From positions 1 through 63,328 of the forward strand of contig MNUO01000005.1 of the NCBI GenBank assembly GCA_001871015.1: a stretch of DNA of 63,328 bases. Direction: 5' to 3'. Positions 19,964-28,707 of the stretch are shown in pieces. Position numbers and translations under genes: made by a program. The notes beneath the pieces are model-generated. The model was given only the letters and a program-made list of their open reading frames with translations. It did not search any database and was not told the DNA's origin. Each line of letters begins with the position of its first letter. Position 1 is the stretch's first letter. The DNA comes from Candidatus Desantisbacteria bacterium CG1_02_38_46. Its GTDB lineage: Bacteria; Desantisbacteria; UBA1551; UBA1559.

Positions 19964-21358
19964 TTGTTAAAAGAATATTTGACAGTGTCCTCTATTGCCG
20001 GACCACTGGTGCTGGTAAAAAATATAGAGGAAGTAAAATATGGGGAATTAGCGGAAATTGAATCTATAACAGGTGAAATCAGAAGGGGCAGGGTACTGGA
20101 GGTTTCCAGTGATGTAGCACTTGTTCAATTATTTGAAGAATCCCGGGGACTTGATATCTTTAAGAGTAAGGTAAGGTTTCTGGGGAAAGGTATAGAATTA
20201 GGTGTTTCACCGGATATGTTAGGCAGGATATTTGATGGTCTGGGTAAGCCTATTGACGCAAGCCCCAGACCGATTTCGGAAAAATATATAGATGTGAATG
20301 GTTCTCCTATTAATCCATTTGCCCGTGATTACCCTGATGAATTTATTCAAACCGGTATATCAGCCATTGATGGAATGAACCCAATTGTCCGGGGTCAGAA
20401 ATTGCCAATTTTTTCAGGCACCGGCTTACCACACAATCGACTGGCAGCACAGATTGCACGTCAATCTCGCGTTCTTCCGGGTACCACGCCTAAAGGCGGC
20501 GGGGTGCAGGAAAAATTTGGCGTTGTATTTGGTGCAATGGGAATTACTTTCGAAGAAGCGTCATTTTTCATATCACAATTTCGGGAAACCGGTGCAATTG
20601 AAAGAGCAGTGCTTTTTATCAATCTGGCTGATGACCCGGCAATTGAAAGGATTGCAACACCCCGGCTGGCATTGACTACAGCAGAATACTTTGCATTTGA
20701 AAAAAATATGCATATACTTGTAATTCTTACGGATATGACCAATTATGCCGAGGCATTGAGGGAAGTTTCTGCTGCCCGCAAAGAGATTCCTGGCAGACGT
20801 GGTTACCCCGGTTACTTATATACTGACCTTGCGACAATGTATGAAAGAGCAGGGCGTATTAAAGGTAAAACTGGCTCAATAACCCAGATACCTGTTCTTA
20901 CAATGCCTGAGGATGACAAGACTCATCCAATTCCAGACCTCACAGGATATATTACAGAAGGGCAGATTATATTGAGCCGTGAGTTGCAGAGAAGAGGGAT
21001 TTATCCTCCAATTGATGTCATGCCTTCACTTTCAAGATTGAAAGACAAAGGAATTGGTCCAGATAAAACCAGGGAGGACCATGCGGATTTGCTCAATCAA
21101 TTATTTGCCTGCTATGCTCGCGGCAGGGAAGCAAAGGAACTTGCAGTTATACTCGGGGAAGAATCATTATCAGAGATGGATAAAGTATATTTGAAATTTT
21201 CAGATTCCTTTGAAGAAAAATTTATCCAGCAGGCTGAATTTGAAAAGAGGGATGTGTTAGAGACTCTTGATTTAGGCTGGAAGTTATTGTCAGCGTTCCC
21301 GGCAAGTGAACTCTCCCGTGTGCATGAGGAATATATCCAGAAATACCTTAAAAAATAG
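19964..21358 (+). CDS. atpB: V-type ATP synthase subunit B
   Basis: [14 protein letters not shown] start, [40 protein letters not shown] start behind GGGAGGG. Confidence 0.95.
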   Translation: MLKEYLTVSSIAGPLVLVKNIEEVKYGELAEIESITGEIRRGRVLEVSSDVALVQLFEESRGLDIFKSKVRFLGKGIELGVSPDMLGRIFDGLGKPIDASPRPISEKYIDVNGSPINPFARDYPDEFIQTGISAIDGMNPIVRGQKLPIFSGTGLPHNRLAAQIARQSRVLPGTTPKGGGVQEKFGVVFGAMGITFEEASFFISQFRETGAIERAVLFINLADDPAIERIATPRLALTTAEYFAFEKNMHILVILTDMTNYAEALREVSAARKEIPGRRGYPGYLYTDLATMYERAGRIKGKTGSITQIPVLTMPEDDKTHPIPDLTGYITEGQIILSRELQRRGIYPPIDVMPSLSRLKDKGIGPDKTREDHADLLNQLFACYARGREAKELAVILGEESLSEMDKVYLKFSDSFEEKFIQQAEFEKRDVLETLDLGWKLLSAFPASELSRVHEEYIQKYLKK

Positions 21359-21371
21359 ACGAGGAACTGAA

Positions 21372-21992
21372 ATGATTATGGCAGTGAATCCGACACGAAT
21401 GGAATTATTGCGATTGAGGAAAAGATTGATGCTCGCTCGCAGGGGACATAAACTGCTCAGGGATAAACAGGATGAACTGCTGCGCCACTTTTTAAGCTTA
21501 ATTAAGAGATGGAAGGACGCAAGGGAAGGCGTAGAGAATGGATTGGTTCAGGGTTTTGGGCTTTTTCTAAGAGCATTTCTCGTTATACCCGGATATGTTT
21601 TGTATGAATCCTGCATAAGGCCTGGCGTAGAGACAGTTCTTTCTTGCTCGAGCAGGCAAATAACCAGTGTTCGCCTGCCCCAATTCTCTATAGAGGTTAA
21701 AGGTGACCCAATTGCGTATGGATTTGTTAATACAACTTTCTCACTTGATAAGGCAATTTTATCATACTTAAATTTGTTTCAGGACTTAATAAAATTAGCA
21801 GAATTGGAAAAAGCAGTGATTTTACTGGCTGAGGAAATAAAGAAGACGAGACGGCGCGTGAATGCCCTTGAGTATGTCCTTATACCTAATCTTGAAGAAA
21901 CCATAAAATATATCTTCATGAAATTAGAGGAGTTCGAAAGAGGAAACCTCGTTCGATTAATGAAAGTTAAGGAAATTGTGAGAGCACATTAA
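21372..21992 (+). CDS. atpD: V-type ATP synthase subunit D
   Basis: NPTRMELLRLRKRLMLARRGHKLLRDKQDEL and C-terminal RRRVNALEYVLIPNLEETIKYI. ATG behind GAGGAA (the ORF opens at 21306). Confidence 0.9.
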   Translation: MIMAVNPTRMELLRLRKRLMLARRGHKLLRDKQDELLRHFLSLIKRWKDAREGVENGLVQGFGLFLRAFLVIPGYVLYESCIRPGVETVLSCSSRQITSVRLPQFSIEVKGDPIAYGFVNTTFSLDKAILSYLNLFQDLIKLAELEKAVILLAEEIKKTRRRVNALEYVLIPNLEETIKYIFMKLEEFERGNLVRLMKVKEIVRAH

Positions 21993-23384
21993 ATGAAATT
22001 CAAAGATTTACTTTACACCCTACACTTCGTCCTTTATGCTATTTTGATTGCAGGGTGCGCAACAACTAAAATTGCAAGAAAACCACAGGAATACGATTAC
22101 CGTGCATACCTTCACTATAGCATAGGGGCGGTGCGGGAATGCGAGGGATTAATTGATGAGGCAATTGCTGAATATGAGAAGGCATTGCTATACGCATCCC
22201 AGGAGACTCTTATTCACCAGTATTTAGGAATTCTCTATGATAAGAAGGGATTCAAGGATAAGGCATTTGAGGAATTTAAAAAATCAATAGAGGTTGAACC
22301 AGATAATCCGAGAGCACATTTTATTCTTGGGAATTTCTTTCAGAATGAAGAAAAGTGGAAGGAAGCAGAAAAAGAGTTTAAAAAAGTTATTAAGTTATCT
22401 CCCGAATATGTAGAGGCATATTTTTCATTGGGAACTATCTATACTCATCTGGAAAAATACAGAAATGCAGTAGAGAATTATAACAAGGTGACCTTGATTG
22501 TTCCAGATAATCCAATCCCATATTATAATTTAGGTTTTTGCTATACAAAATTAAACGATAATCAAAAAGCTGTTTCCTGTTACAAAAAGGCAGCACAGCT
22601 GGACCCTAAATGGGCATCTCCGTATTTCAATCTGGGCATTCTATATGAGGCCAACGGTGATACACAAAGCGCTCTAAAGTCATGGGAGAGATTCATAGAT
22701 TTAAATCCGAAGGACCCAGAGCCTTATTTAAGAATTGGTTATCTATACTTTCAGATAAATATGTATGACAGGGCCATCATCTATATGAAAAGAGCGTTAA
22801 ATATGGATCCCAAAAGGGAAAAATTATTCCCTCAAGTTTATTTTCTTTTAGGAATTGCTTATACTAACTTGCATCAAAACAAGGAGGCAATTGAGGTTTA
22901 TAATAAGTTCTTAGAATTAGAACCCAAAAATGAAATTGTCCGTTATAATCTAAGTGCCCTGCACGATAAAGAGGGGCATTTTGAAGATGCAGTAAATGGA
23001 TTCAGATATTTAATTAAAATCAATCCAAAATGTGCGGATGCATTGAATTATTTAGGGTATATATTTGCTGAGAAAGGAGATAACCTCAAGGAGGCGGAAG
23101 AACTAATTAAAAGTGCGCTCAAGATAGAACCAAACAACGGATATTTTATTGATAGTCTTGGATGGGTTTACTTTAAAATGGGGCTTTATAAGGAAGCTTT
23201 AAGAGAGTTGAAGAGAGCAGTCCGATTTACCCCTAATGACCCCATTATCTATGACCATTTAGGTGATGCTTACATCAAAAATGGAATGGAGAGAGAGGCT
23301 ATTTCCTCCTGGCAAAAATCACTCCAGTTGCAGAAGGACAATGAGGAAATAAGAAAGAAGATTCGAGAGTGGCAAGGGGAGTGA
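21993..23384 (+). CDS. TPR-repeat lipoprotein
   Basis: Lipobox-like LIAGC after a hydrophobic N-terminus, then many 34-aa TPR-like repeats (A..Y..AL..DP...A). Confidence 0.7.
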   Translation: MKFKDLLYTLHFVLYAILIAGCATTKIARKPQEYDYRAYLHYSIGAVRECEGLIDEAIAEYEKALLYASQETLIHQYLGILYDKKGFKDKAFEEFKKSIEVEPDNPRAHFILGNFFQNEEKWKEAEKEFKKVIKLSPEYVEAYFSLGTIYTHLEKYRNAVENYNKVTLIVPDNPIPYYNLGFCYTKLNDNQKAVSCYKKAAQLDPKWASPYFNLGILYEANGDTQSALKSWERFIDLNPKDPEPYLRIGYLYFQINMYDRAIIYMKRALNMDPKREKLFPQVYFLLGIAYTNLHQNKEAIEVYNKFLELEPKNEIVRYNLSALHDKEGHFEDAVNGFRYLIKINPKCADALNYLGYIFAEKGDNLKEAEELIKSALKIEPNNGYFIDSLGWVYFKMGLYKEALRELKRAVRFTPNDPIIYDHLGDAYIKNGMEREAISSWQKSLQLQKDNEEIRKKIREWQGE

Positions 23385-23411
23385 ACGAGATTACTGGAGA
23401 GTGAAAATCAT

Positions 23412-23440
23412 TTGACAAATTTATAAAACTGTGTTATAAT
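23412..23440 (+). promoter_or_regulatory. Consensus sigma-70-type promoter (TTGACA-17 nt-TATAAT)
   Basis: TTGACA at 23412-23417 and TATAAT at 23435-23440 with an exact 17-nt spacer, 84 nt upstream of the ATG at 23524. Confidence 0.7.
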
Positions 23441-23446
23441 TATGCA

Positions 23447-23510
23447 ATATCAGGACTAAAGTCCTGAGTTACATAGTCAGATGTGTAACTCAAACCTTTA
23501 GGTTTGATAT
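23447..23510. repeat. Two family-A hairpin units in inverted arrangement
   Basis: ATATCAGGACTAAAGTCCTGAGTTAC (23447-23472) and GTAACTCAAACCTTTAGGTTTGATAT (23485-23510). Both stems are fully paired but have different sequences. Confidence 0.9.
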
Positions 23511-23523
23511 TAGGGGTAAAATA

Positions 23524-24330
23524 ATGCCTGAAGACAAAGTAAAAGAATATACTGAAGAATCACTGAACAGATTGAATCTCTCAATTGATGCCAAGGTATT
23601 GCTGCAGAAGATTAACTATAAGCCTGAGGCCGTAGAGATTATAGAAGATAAATTGAGGGCTTTTTGTCCAGTTCATAAAGACAAGAACTTCAGAACTCTG
23701 ATGGTGGATTTGAAGAGTAATCATTTCAAATGTCATTATCTCCAGTGTGAGGGATATAAAGGTGGAAATTTGCTTTATCTTTATAGTATAGCACAGAAAT
23801 GCAATCTTGGTGAGTCAGCACTTTTCTGGAGCAAAACATTAAATGTTCCATTAGAGGAAATAAAAGCTCCGGAGGAAGAAAAGATTGAAGCTGTTCCTGC
23901 TCCTGCTGCGGCAAAGGCAGGGGTTGAGGAGGACCATTTTGCTAAGGGAGTTTCATTCTATACGAGGAACTTGCTCGGGGAGGCAATAAAGGAATTTGAA
24001 CTTGTCCTTCAAGAAACGCCAGTTAAGGAACTCGAAGTGCGGAATATGTTAGGGCTTTGTTTTATGAAACAGGGAAGTCACGAAAAGGCAGTTGAAGAAT
24101 TTAAGAAGGGATTGGAATGTAAGGGTAGAGAGGAAAAAGAATACAAAGGTCTTAAGTATAACCTGGGCCGTGTATATGAAGCATCCGGTAAGATGAAAGA
24201 ATCCCTGGAAATATTCAAGGCGATTTATGAACAGGACCCAAAATATCAAGATATTGAACAAAGGATGAAGAAGCTTGAAGCTGTTGAGGGTGCACCAGCA
24301 CCCCGCAAAATTAAAATCTCATACGTATAG
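23524..24330 (+). CDS. CHC2-like zinc-finger / TPR protein (MshN-like position)
   Basis: N-terminal CPVHKDKNFRTLMV-x9-CHYLQCEGYKGGNLLYLY resembles the DnaG-type CHC2 finger. The C-terminal half has TPR-like repeats. Confidence 0.55.
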   Translation: MPEDKVKEYTEESLNRLNLSIDAKVLLQKINYKPEAVEIIEDKLRAFCPVHKDKNFRTLMVDLKSNHFKCHYLQCEGYKGGNLLYLYSIAQKCNLGESALFWSKTLNVPLEEIKAPEEEKIEAVPAPAAAKAGVEEDHFAKGVSFYTRNLLGEAIKEFELVLQETPVKELEVRNMLGLCFMKQGSHEKAVEEFKKGLECKGREEKEYKGLKYNLGRVYEASGKMKESLEIFKAIYEQDPKYQDIEQRMKKLEAVEGAPAPRKIKISYV

Positions 24331-24351
24331 GTGTCAGGTCGCCCTGACACC
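24330..24351. repeat. Minimal family-B hairpin GGTGTCAGG-TCGC-CCTGACACC
   Basis: Perfect 9-bp stem that fills the whole spacer between TAG (24328-24330) and ATG 24352. Confidence 0.85.
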
Positions 24352-25254
24352 ATGGAGAAGAAAATGGATTATTTGGAATTTTATCACCTCAAAGAAATTC
24401 CATTTGCTAATGCTCCTGATTTGCGTTTCTATTATGACGGTTATCAGTATGGATATACTGAAGAAAGAATTATTCATGTGATTGACCAGATGGGCGGATT
24501 GGCAGTTATTATAGGTGGAATGGGAATGGGTAAAAGTATTCTTGCGCGCCATCTGCTTGAGAGCCTGACTGGTAAAGGTATCGAATATGAATGCGGACTG
24601 ATGATCATTGTCCATACTGCAATAACTGCAAGCTGGTTATTAAAAAAAATTGCTATTCAGCTTGGCGTCACAGACCCTGCAGATGAAAAAGTTAACCTTA
24701 TAACTCAACTATTTAACCGACTTATAGAAATTCAGGAAGAAGGAAGAAAAGCAGTTGTGTTAATAGATGAAGCAAATATGCTGCAAACAAGGGAAATAAT
24801 GGAAGAGTTTCGCGGTTTATTAAACCTTGAGGTTCCCGGAAAGAAATTGGTCACATTTGTATTCTTCGGCATGCCTGAACTTGATGAGTATCTTAAATTG
24901 GATGAGCCTCTTCGTCAGCGTGTGGCATTGCGCATAGCGCTCAAACAATTTTCAGAAGAAGCTACAAAAGAATATATCCTGCACAGGTTGAAGAGAGCGA
25001 ATTCAGAAAAGAGTATGTCTGTATTTCCCGAGGATGTTCTTAAATTGATTCACATCTATTCTAAAGGCACACCCAGATTGGTCAATACCATTTGTGATAA
25101 CGCATTGTTAGAAGGTTTTCTTAAAAGAGAAGAGAAGATTACTCCCCAGATAATAGAGCAAGTAAGTGGAGAGTTGATGCTAAAGGAGTTATTACCCGAA
25201 GAAATTCAAGACAGAAAACCAAAGAAGGAAACAAAAATATCTCCAGTAGGATGA
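24352..25254 (+). CDS. ExeA/GspA/MshM-like AAA+ ATPase
   Basis: YLEFYHLKEIPFANAPDLRFYY N-terminus, Walker A GGMGMGKS, Walker B VLIDEAN, GTPRLVNTICDNALL. A GTG at 24331 is an alternative start. Confidence 0.8.
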   Translation: MEKKMDYLEFYHLKEIPFANAPDLRFYYDGYQYGYTEERIIHVIDQMGGLAVIIGGMGMGKSILARHLLESLTGKGIEYECGLMIIVHTAITASWLLKKIAIQLGVTDPADEKVNLITQLFNRLIEIQEEGRKAVVLIDEANMLQTREIMEEFRGLLNLEVPGKKLVTFVFFGMPELDEYLKLDEPLRQRVALRIALKQFSEEATKEYILHRLKRANSEKSMSVFPEDVLKLIHIYSKGTPRLVNTICDNALLEGFLKREEKITPQIIEQVSGELMLKELLPEEIQDRKPKKETKISPVG

Positions 25255-25257
25255 CCT

Positions 25258-26967
25258 ATGATTAAGAAGAGATTTGGTGAAATTCTAACAGAAAAGAAAA
25301 TTATTACTGATGACCAGTTGAAAACCGCCCTGGATATTCAGAAGAAAGAGGGCGGAACCCTCGGGCAAACTCTTGTCAGGCTTGGTTATGTTCCTGAAGA
25401 TGTAATGAGCCGGGAACTAAGTGAATTCTATGGTATTCCCTACCTGAAACTGAGCGATTATGAAATTGACTCTACTGCTCTTTCAGTGATTCCTGAGGAA
25501 GTTGTGCGCAAATACAGCGTTCTTCCACTTGATAAAATTGGTAAAACTCTCACTGTGGCAATTTCAGACTTCAATAATGTTATAGTGTTAGATGAATTGC
25601 GTGCAGTTACGGGTTGCCAGGTAATTCCTCTTGCAGCAAGCTCGCAAGAAATTACTGCAGCTATAGATAAATATTACAAGAAAGATTCGCTTGAAGACGC
25701 TATAAAAGATATGAACGAAGAAGAGCAAAAATTGGAGGTTACAACCAGTGAAGAAGAGAAATTCAAGACTACAGAGCTTCAGGCACAAGCAGAAGATGCG
25801 CCGGCAGTGAAATTAGTAAGCTTCATCATTATGCAGGCAATTGATGACCGTGCAAGTGATATACATATCGAACCATATGAAGATGAGCTGCGTATTCGCT
25901 TAAGAATTGACGGTGTGCTCTATGAAATTAATCCACAACCTCCCAAGAAGATGCATAAAGCAATTGTTTCGCGTATAAAAATCTTAGCAAACCTTGACAT
26001 TGCTGAACAAAGGCTTGCTCAGGATGGACGTCTTAGAGTTAAGGCAAGGGATAAAATCATGGATTTACGTATATCAACACTTCCAACAATTTTTGGAGAA
26101 AAAGTAGTTATGAGGATACTGGATAAGACAATTCTTGGTTATGATTTTAAACAACTCGGCGTGGAACCCGAGGATGTTGGTAGATTTGAAGAAGCAATGG
26201 ATGTTCCATATGGAATGATACTTGTAACCGGCCCAACGAGTTGTGGTAAAACTACAACTCTTTACACGATATTAAATCAACTCAATTCTTCCCGCGATAA
26301 CCTGATTACTGTTGAGGACCCTGTGGAATATCAAATAAGGGGAATAAACCAGATGCAGGTCAGACCTGACATCGGGCTTACATGGGAAATAGGATTGCGT
26401 GCAATATTGCGTCAGGACCCTGATACCATAATGATAGGAGAGATCAGAGACCTGGAGTCCGTAGAAATGGCTATTAAATCTGCTTTAACAGGACATCTGG
26501 TTCTGTCCACTATTCATACAAATAGTGCTTGTGCTACAATTAGCCGCCTCATAAATATGGGTGCAGAACCATTTCTTATCACAGCTTCTCTGGTGTTAGT
26601 AGTTTCGCAGAGATTAATCCGCAATGTTTGTCCACAGTGCAAGGAGGCTTTCAAGCCCCTCAAGGAATTCTTAGACAGGGCAAACATAACAGGCGCTGAG
26701 GCAAAAAATATAATGTTCTATCGTGGAACAGGATGTGATTATTGTAGAAATTCTGGATATCGTGGTCGGGCAGCAATTTTTGAAGTCCTTACGCTTAACA
26801 GGCATTTAAAAGAGTTAATTCTTGAGGGTGCTACTCCTCCTGTTCTTGAAGAAGCAGCTAAAAAGGAACTCGGTTTCCGCACAATGGGTGAAATTGCTAT
26901 ATCCAAAGCCAGGAAGGGCATAACTACTCTCGAAGAGGCATTGAGCTTGACTATTGCGGAGGAATGA
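25258..26967 (+). CDS. PilB/GspE/MshE-family secretion ATPase, copy 1
   Basis: T2SSE N-domain, Walker A GPTSCGKTT, VEDPVEY, GEIRD, HLVLSTIHTN, tetracysteine CPQC...CDYC. Confidence 0.9.
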   Translation: MIKKRFGEILTEKKIITDDQLKTALDIQKKEGGTLGQTLVRLGYVPEDVMSRELSEFYGIPYLKLSDYEIDSTALSVIPEEVVRKYSVLPLDKIGKTLTVAISDFNNVIVLDELRAVTGCQVIPLAASSQEITAAIDKYYKKDSLEDAIKDMNEEEQKLEVTTSEEEKFKTTELQAQAEDAPAVKLVSFIIMQAIDDRASDIHIEPYEDELRIRLRIDGVLYEINPQPPKKMHKAIVSRIKILANLDIAEQRLAQDGRLRVKARDKIMDLRISTLPTIFGEKVVMRILDKTILGYDFKQLGVEPEDVGRFEEAMDVPYGMILVTGPTSCGKTTTLYTILNQLNSSRDNLITVEDPVEYQIRGINQMQVRPDIGLTWEIGLRAILRQDPDTIMIGEIRDLESVEMAIKSALTGHLVLSTIHTNSACATISRLINMGAEPFLITASLVLVVSQRLIRNVCPQCKEAFKPLKEFLDRANITGAEAKNIMFYRGTGCDYCRNSGYRGRAAIFEVLTLNRHLKELILEGATPPVLEEAAKKELGFRTMGEIAISKARKGITTLEEALSLTIAEE

Positions 26968-28685
26968 TGCCAGTCAAAAAAAAGTTTGGTGAGTTTTTAA
27001 CTGAATCTAAAGTAATTACTGATGGGCAACTAAAAAGCGGACTTCAGAATCAGAAAAAAGAGGGAGGAACCCTGGGACAGGCACTAATAAGATTAGGTTT
27101 TGTTTCCGAAGAAGACATGAACAAGTACCTGAGCGATTACTATGGTGTTTCCTATGTTGACATTAAGCAATATGAAATAGACCCACAAGTTCTGGCTCTA
27201 ATTCCAGAACAGATTGTACGTAAGTACAAGGTTATTCCACTGGACAAGATGAACAACAACCTTACCATTGTTACCGCAGATTTGACCAATGTATTTATAT
27301 TTGATGAGCTCAGAGTAATAACCGGTTGCGATATTACTTCTCTTCTTACCAGTGAGTCTGAAATTAATTCTGCAATTGAAAGATATTATGGAAAGAAGGT
27401 TGGTTTTGAAGAGATGATAAAGGAGATAAGCAAGGAAGGAGAAGACATTGAGATTCACAAGGAAGAAGAAAAGGGTGTAGATGCTTCTCAGTTACAAGTT
27501 GCTGTGGAAGGTGCCCCTGTGGTTAAATTAGTAAACTTCATCATTATGCAGGCAATTGATGACCGTGCAAGCGATATACATCTTGAGCCCTATGAGAAAG
27601 ATTTCCGCCTTCGTTATAGAATTGATGGAGTGCTTTATGAAATAAACCCTCCTCCTCCAAAGGCACTGCAGAATCCTATTATTGCCCGCATTAAGGTGCT
27701 TTCGAATCTCGACATTGCTGAAACAAGACTTCCCCAGGATGGGCGTATAAGGGTAAAGACCAAGACTAAAATTGTTGACCTGCGCGTATCAACATTCCCT
27801 ACAATATTCGGCGAAAAAGTAGTTATGAGGTTGTTAGATAAATCAAACCTTGCGCTCGATTTAAAACAGCTGGGATTTGAAAAGCAAGAATTAGACAAAT
27901 TCGATAACGTAATATCACAACCTTATGGAATGATTCTTATAACCGGACCTACAGGCAGTGGTAAGAGCACTACACTCTACTCAGTTTTAACAAAACTTAA
28001 TACAACAAGGGATAACATTGTGACAGTTGAGGACCCTGTGGAATATCAGGTAAGAGGTATAAACCAGGTTCAGGCCCATGCTGAAATCGGACTTACATTT
28101 GCTATGGGCTTGCGCGCAATTTTAAGACAGGACCCAAATGTAGTGATGGTGGGAGAAATTCGGGATCAGGAAACAGCAGAAATTGCAATTAAAGCAGCTC
28201 TTACAGGACATCTGGTACTTTCAACTCTTCACACCAACGATTCCTGCGGAGCAATTACCCGTCTAATTGACATTGGAATTGAACCTTTTCTTGTTTCAAG
28301 TGCGCTTACTTTAATTGCTGCACAGAGGTTGTTGCGTCGTATATGTCAGCAATGCAAGGAATCATATGCTCCTTCTGCAAAGACACTGGAAGATATGGGT
28401 ATAACTCCAAAATTAGGTGAACAAATTGTCTTCTACAGGGGAACAGGATGTGAATTATGCAAGAATACAGGATTCCGCGGAAGAACTGCAATTTACGAAA
28501 TTCTTACGCTTAACAAACATTTAAAAGAACTCATTGTAAAAAGAGCCAACACAATGGTGCTTCTAGAGGTTGCAAAAAAAGAAACTGGATTACGTACGCT
28601 CAGGGAATCCGCCATAATAAAAGTCAGGGATGGAATTACCACTGTTGAGGAAGCAATTGGCGTTACTATGGAAGGCGGTCTTTAA
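26964..28685 (+). CDS. PilB/GspE/MshE-family secretion ATPase, copy 2
   Basis: Collinear paralogue of the preceding gene. Walker A GPTGSGKST, VEDPVEY, GEIRD, HLVLSTLHTN, CQQC...CELC. ATGATG overlap with copy 1. Confidence 0.9.
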   Translation: MMPVKKKFGEFLTESKVITDGQLKSGLQNQKKEGGTLGQALIRLGFVSEEDMNKYLSDYYGVSYVDIKQYEIDPQVLALIPEQIVRKYKVIPLDKMNNNLTIVTADLTNVFIFDELRVITGCDITSLLTSESEINSAIERYYGKKVGFEEMIKEISKEGEDIEIHKEEEKGVDASQLQVAVEGAPVVKLVNFIIMQAIDDRASDIHLEPYEKDFRLRYRIDGVLYEINPPPPKALQNPIIARIKVLSNLDIAETRLPQDGRIRVKTKTKIVDLRVSTFPTIFGEKVVMRLLDKSNLALDLKQLGFEKQELDKFDNVISQPYGMILITGPTGSGKSTTLYSVLTKLNTTRDNIVTVEDPVEYQVRGINQVQAHAEIGLTFAMGLRAILRQDPNVVMVGEIRDQETAEIAIKAALTGHLVLSTLHTNDSCGAITRLIDIGIEPFLVSSALTLIAAQRLLRRICQQCKESYAPSAKTLEDMGITPKLGEQIVFYRGTGCELCKNTGFRGRTAIYEILTLNKHLKELIVKRANTMVLLEVAKKETGLRTLRESAIIKVRDGITTVEEAIGVTMEGGL

Positions 28686-28707
28686 ATACGGATGATTAGA
28701 TGATTGG

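Noticed and set aside
24275-24481. 68-aa ORF overlapping the end of the TPR gene and the start of the ExeA-like gene. Similar short + strand ORFs lie at 1101-1283, 20385-20675, 42135-42338, 47399-47590, 48125-48361 and 52673-52858.
   Set aside because: All are out-of-frame overlaps within strongly supported genes, with no ribosome-binding site or recognisable motifs.
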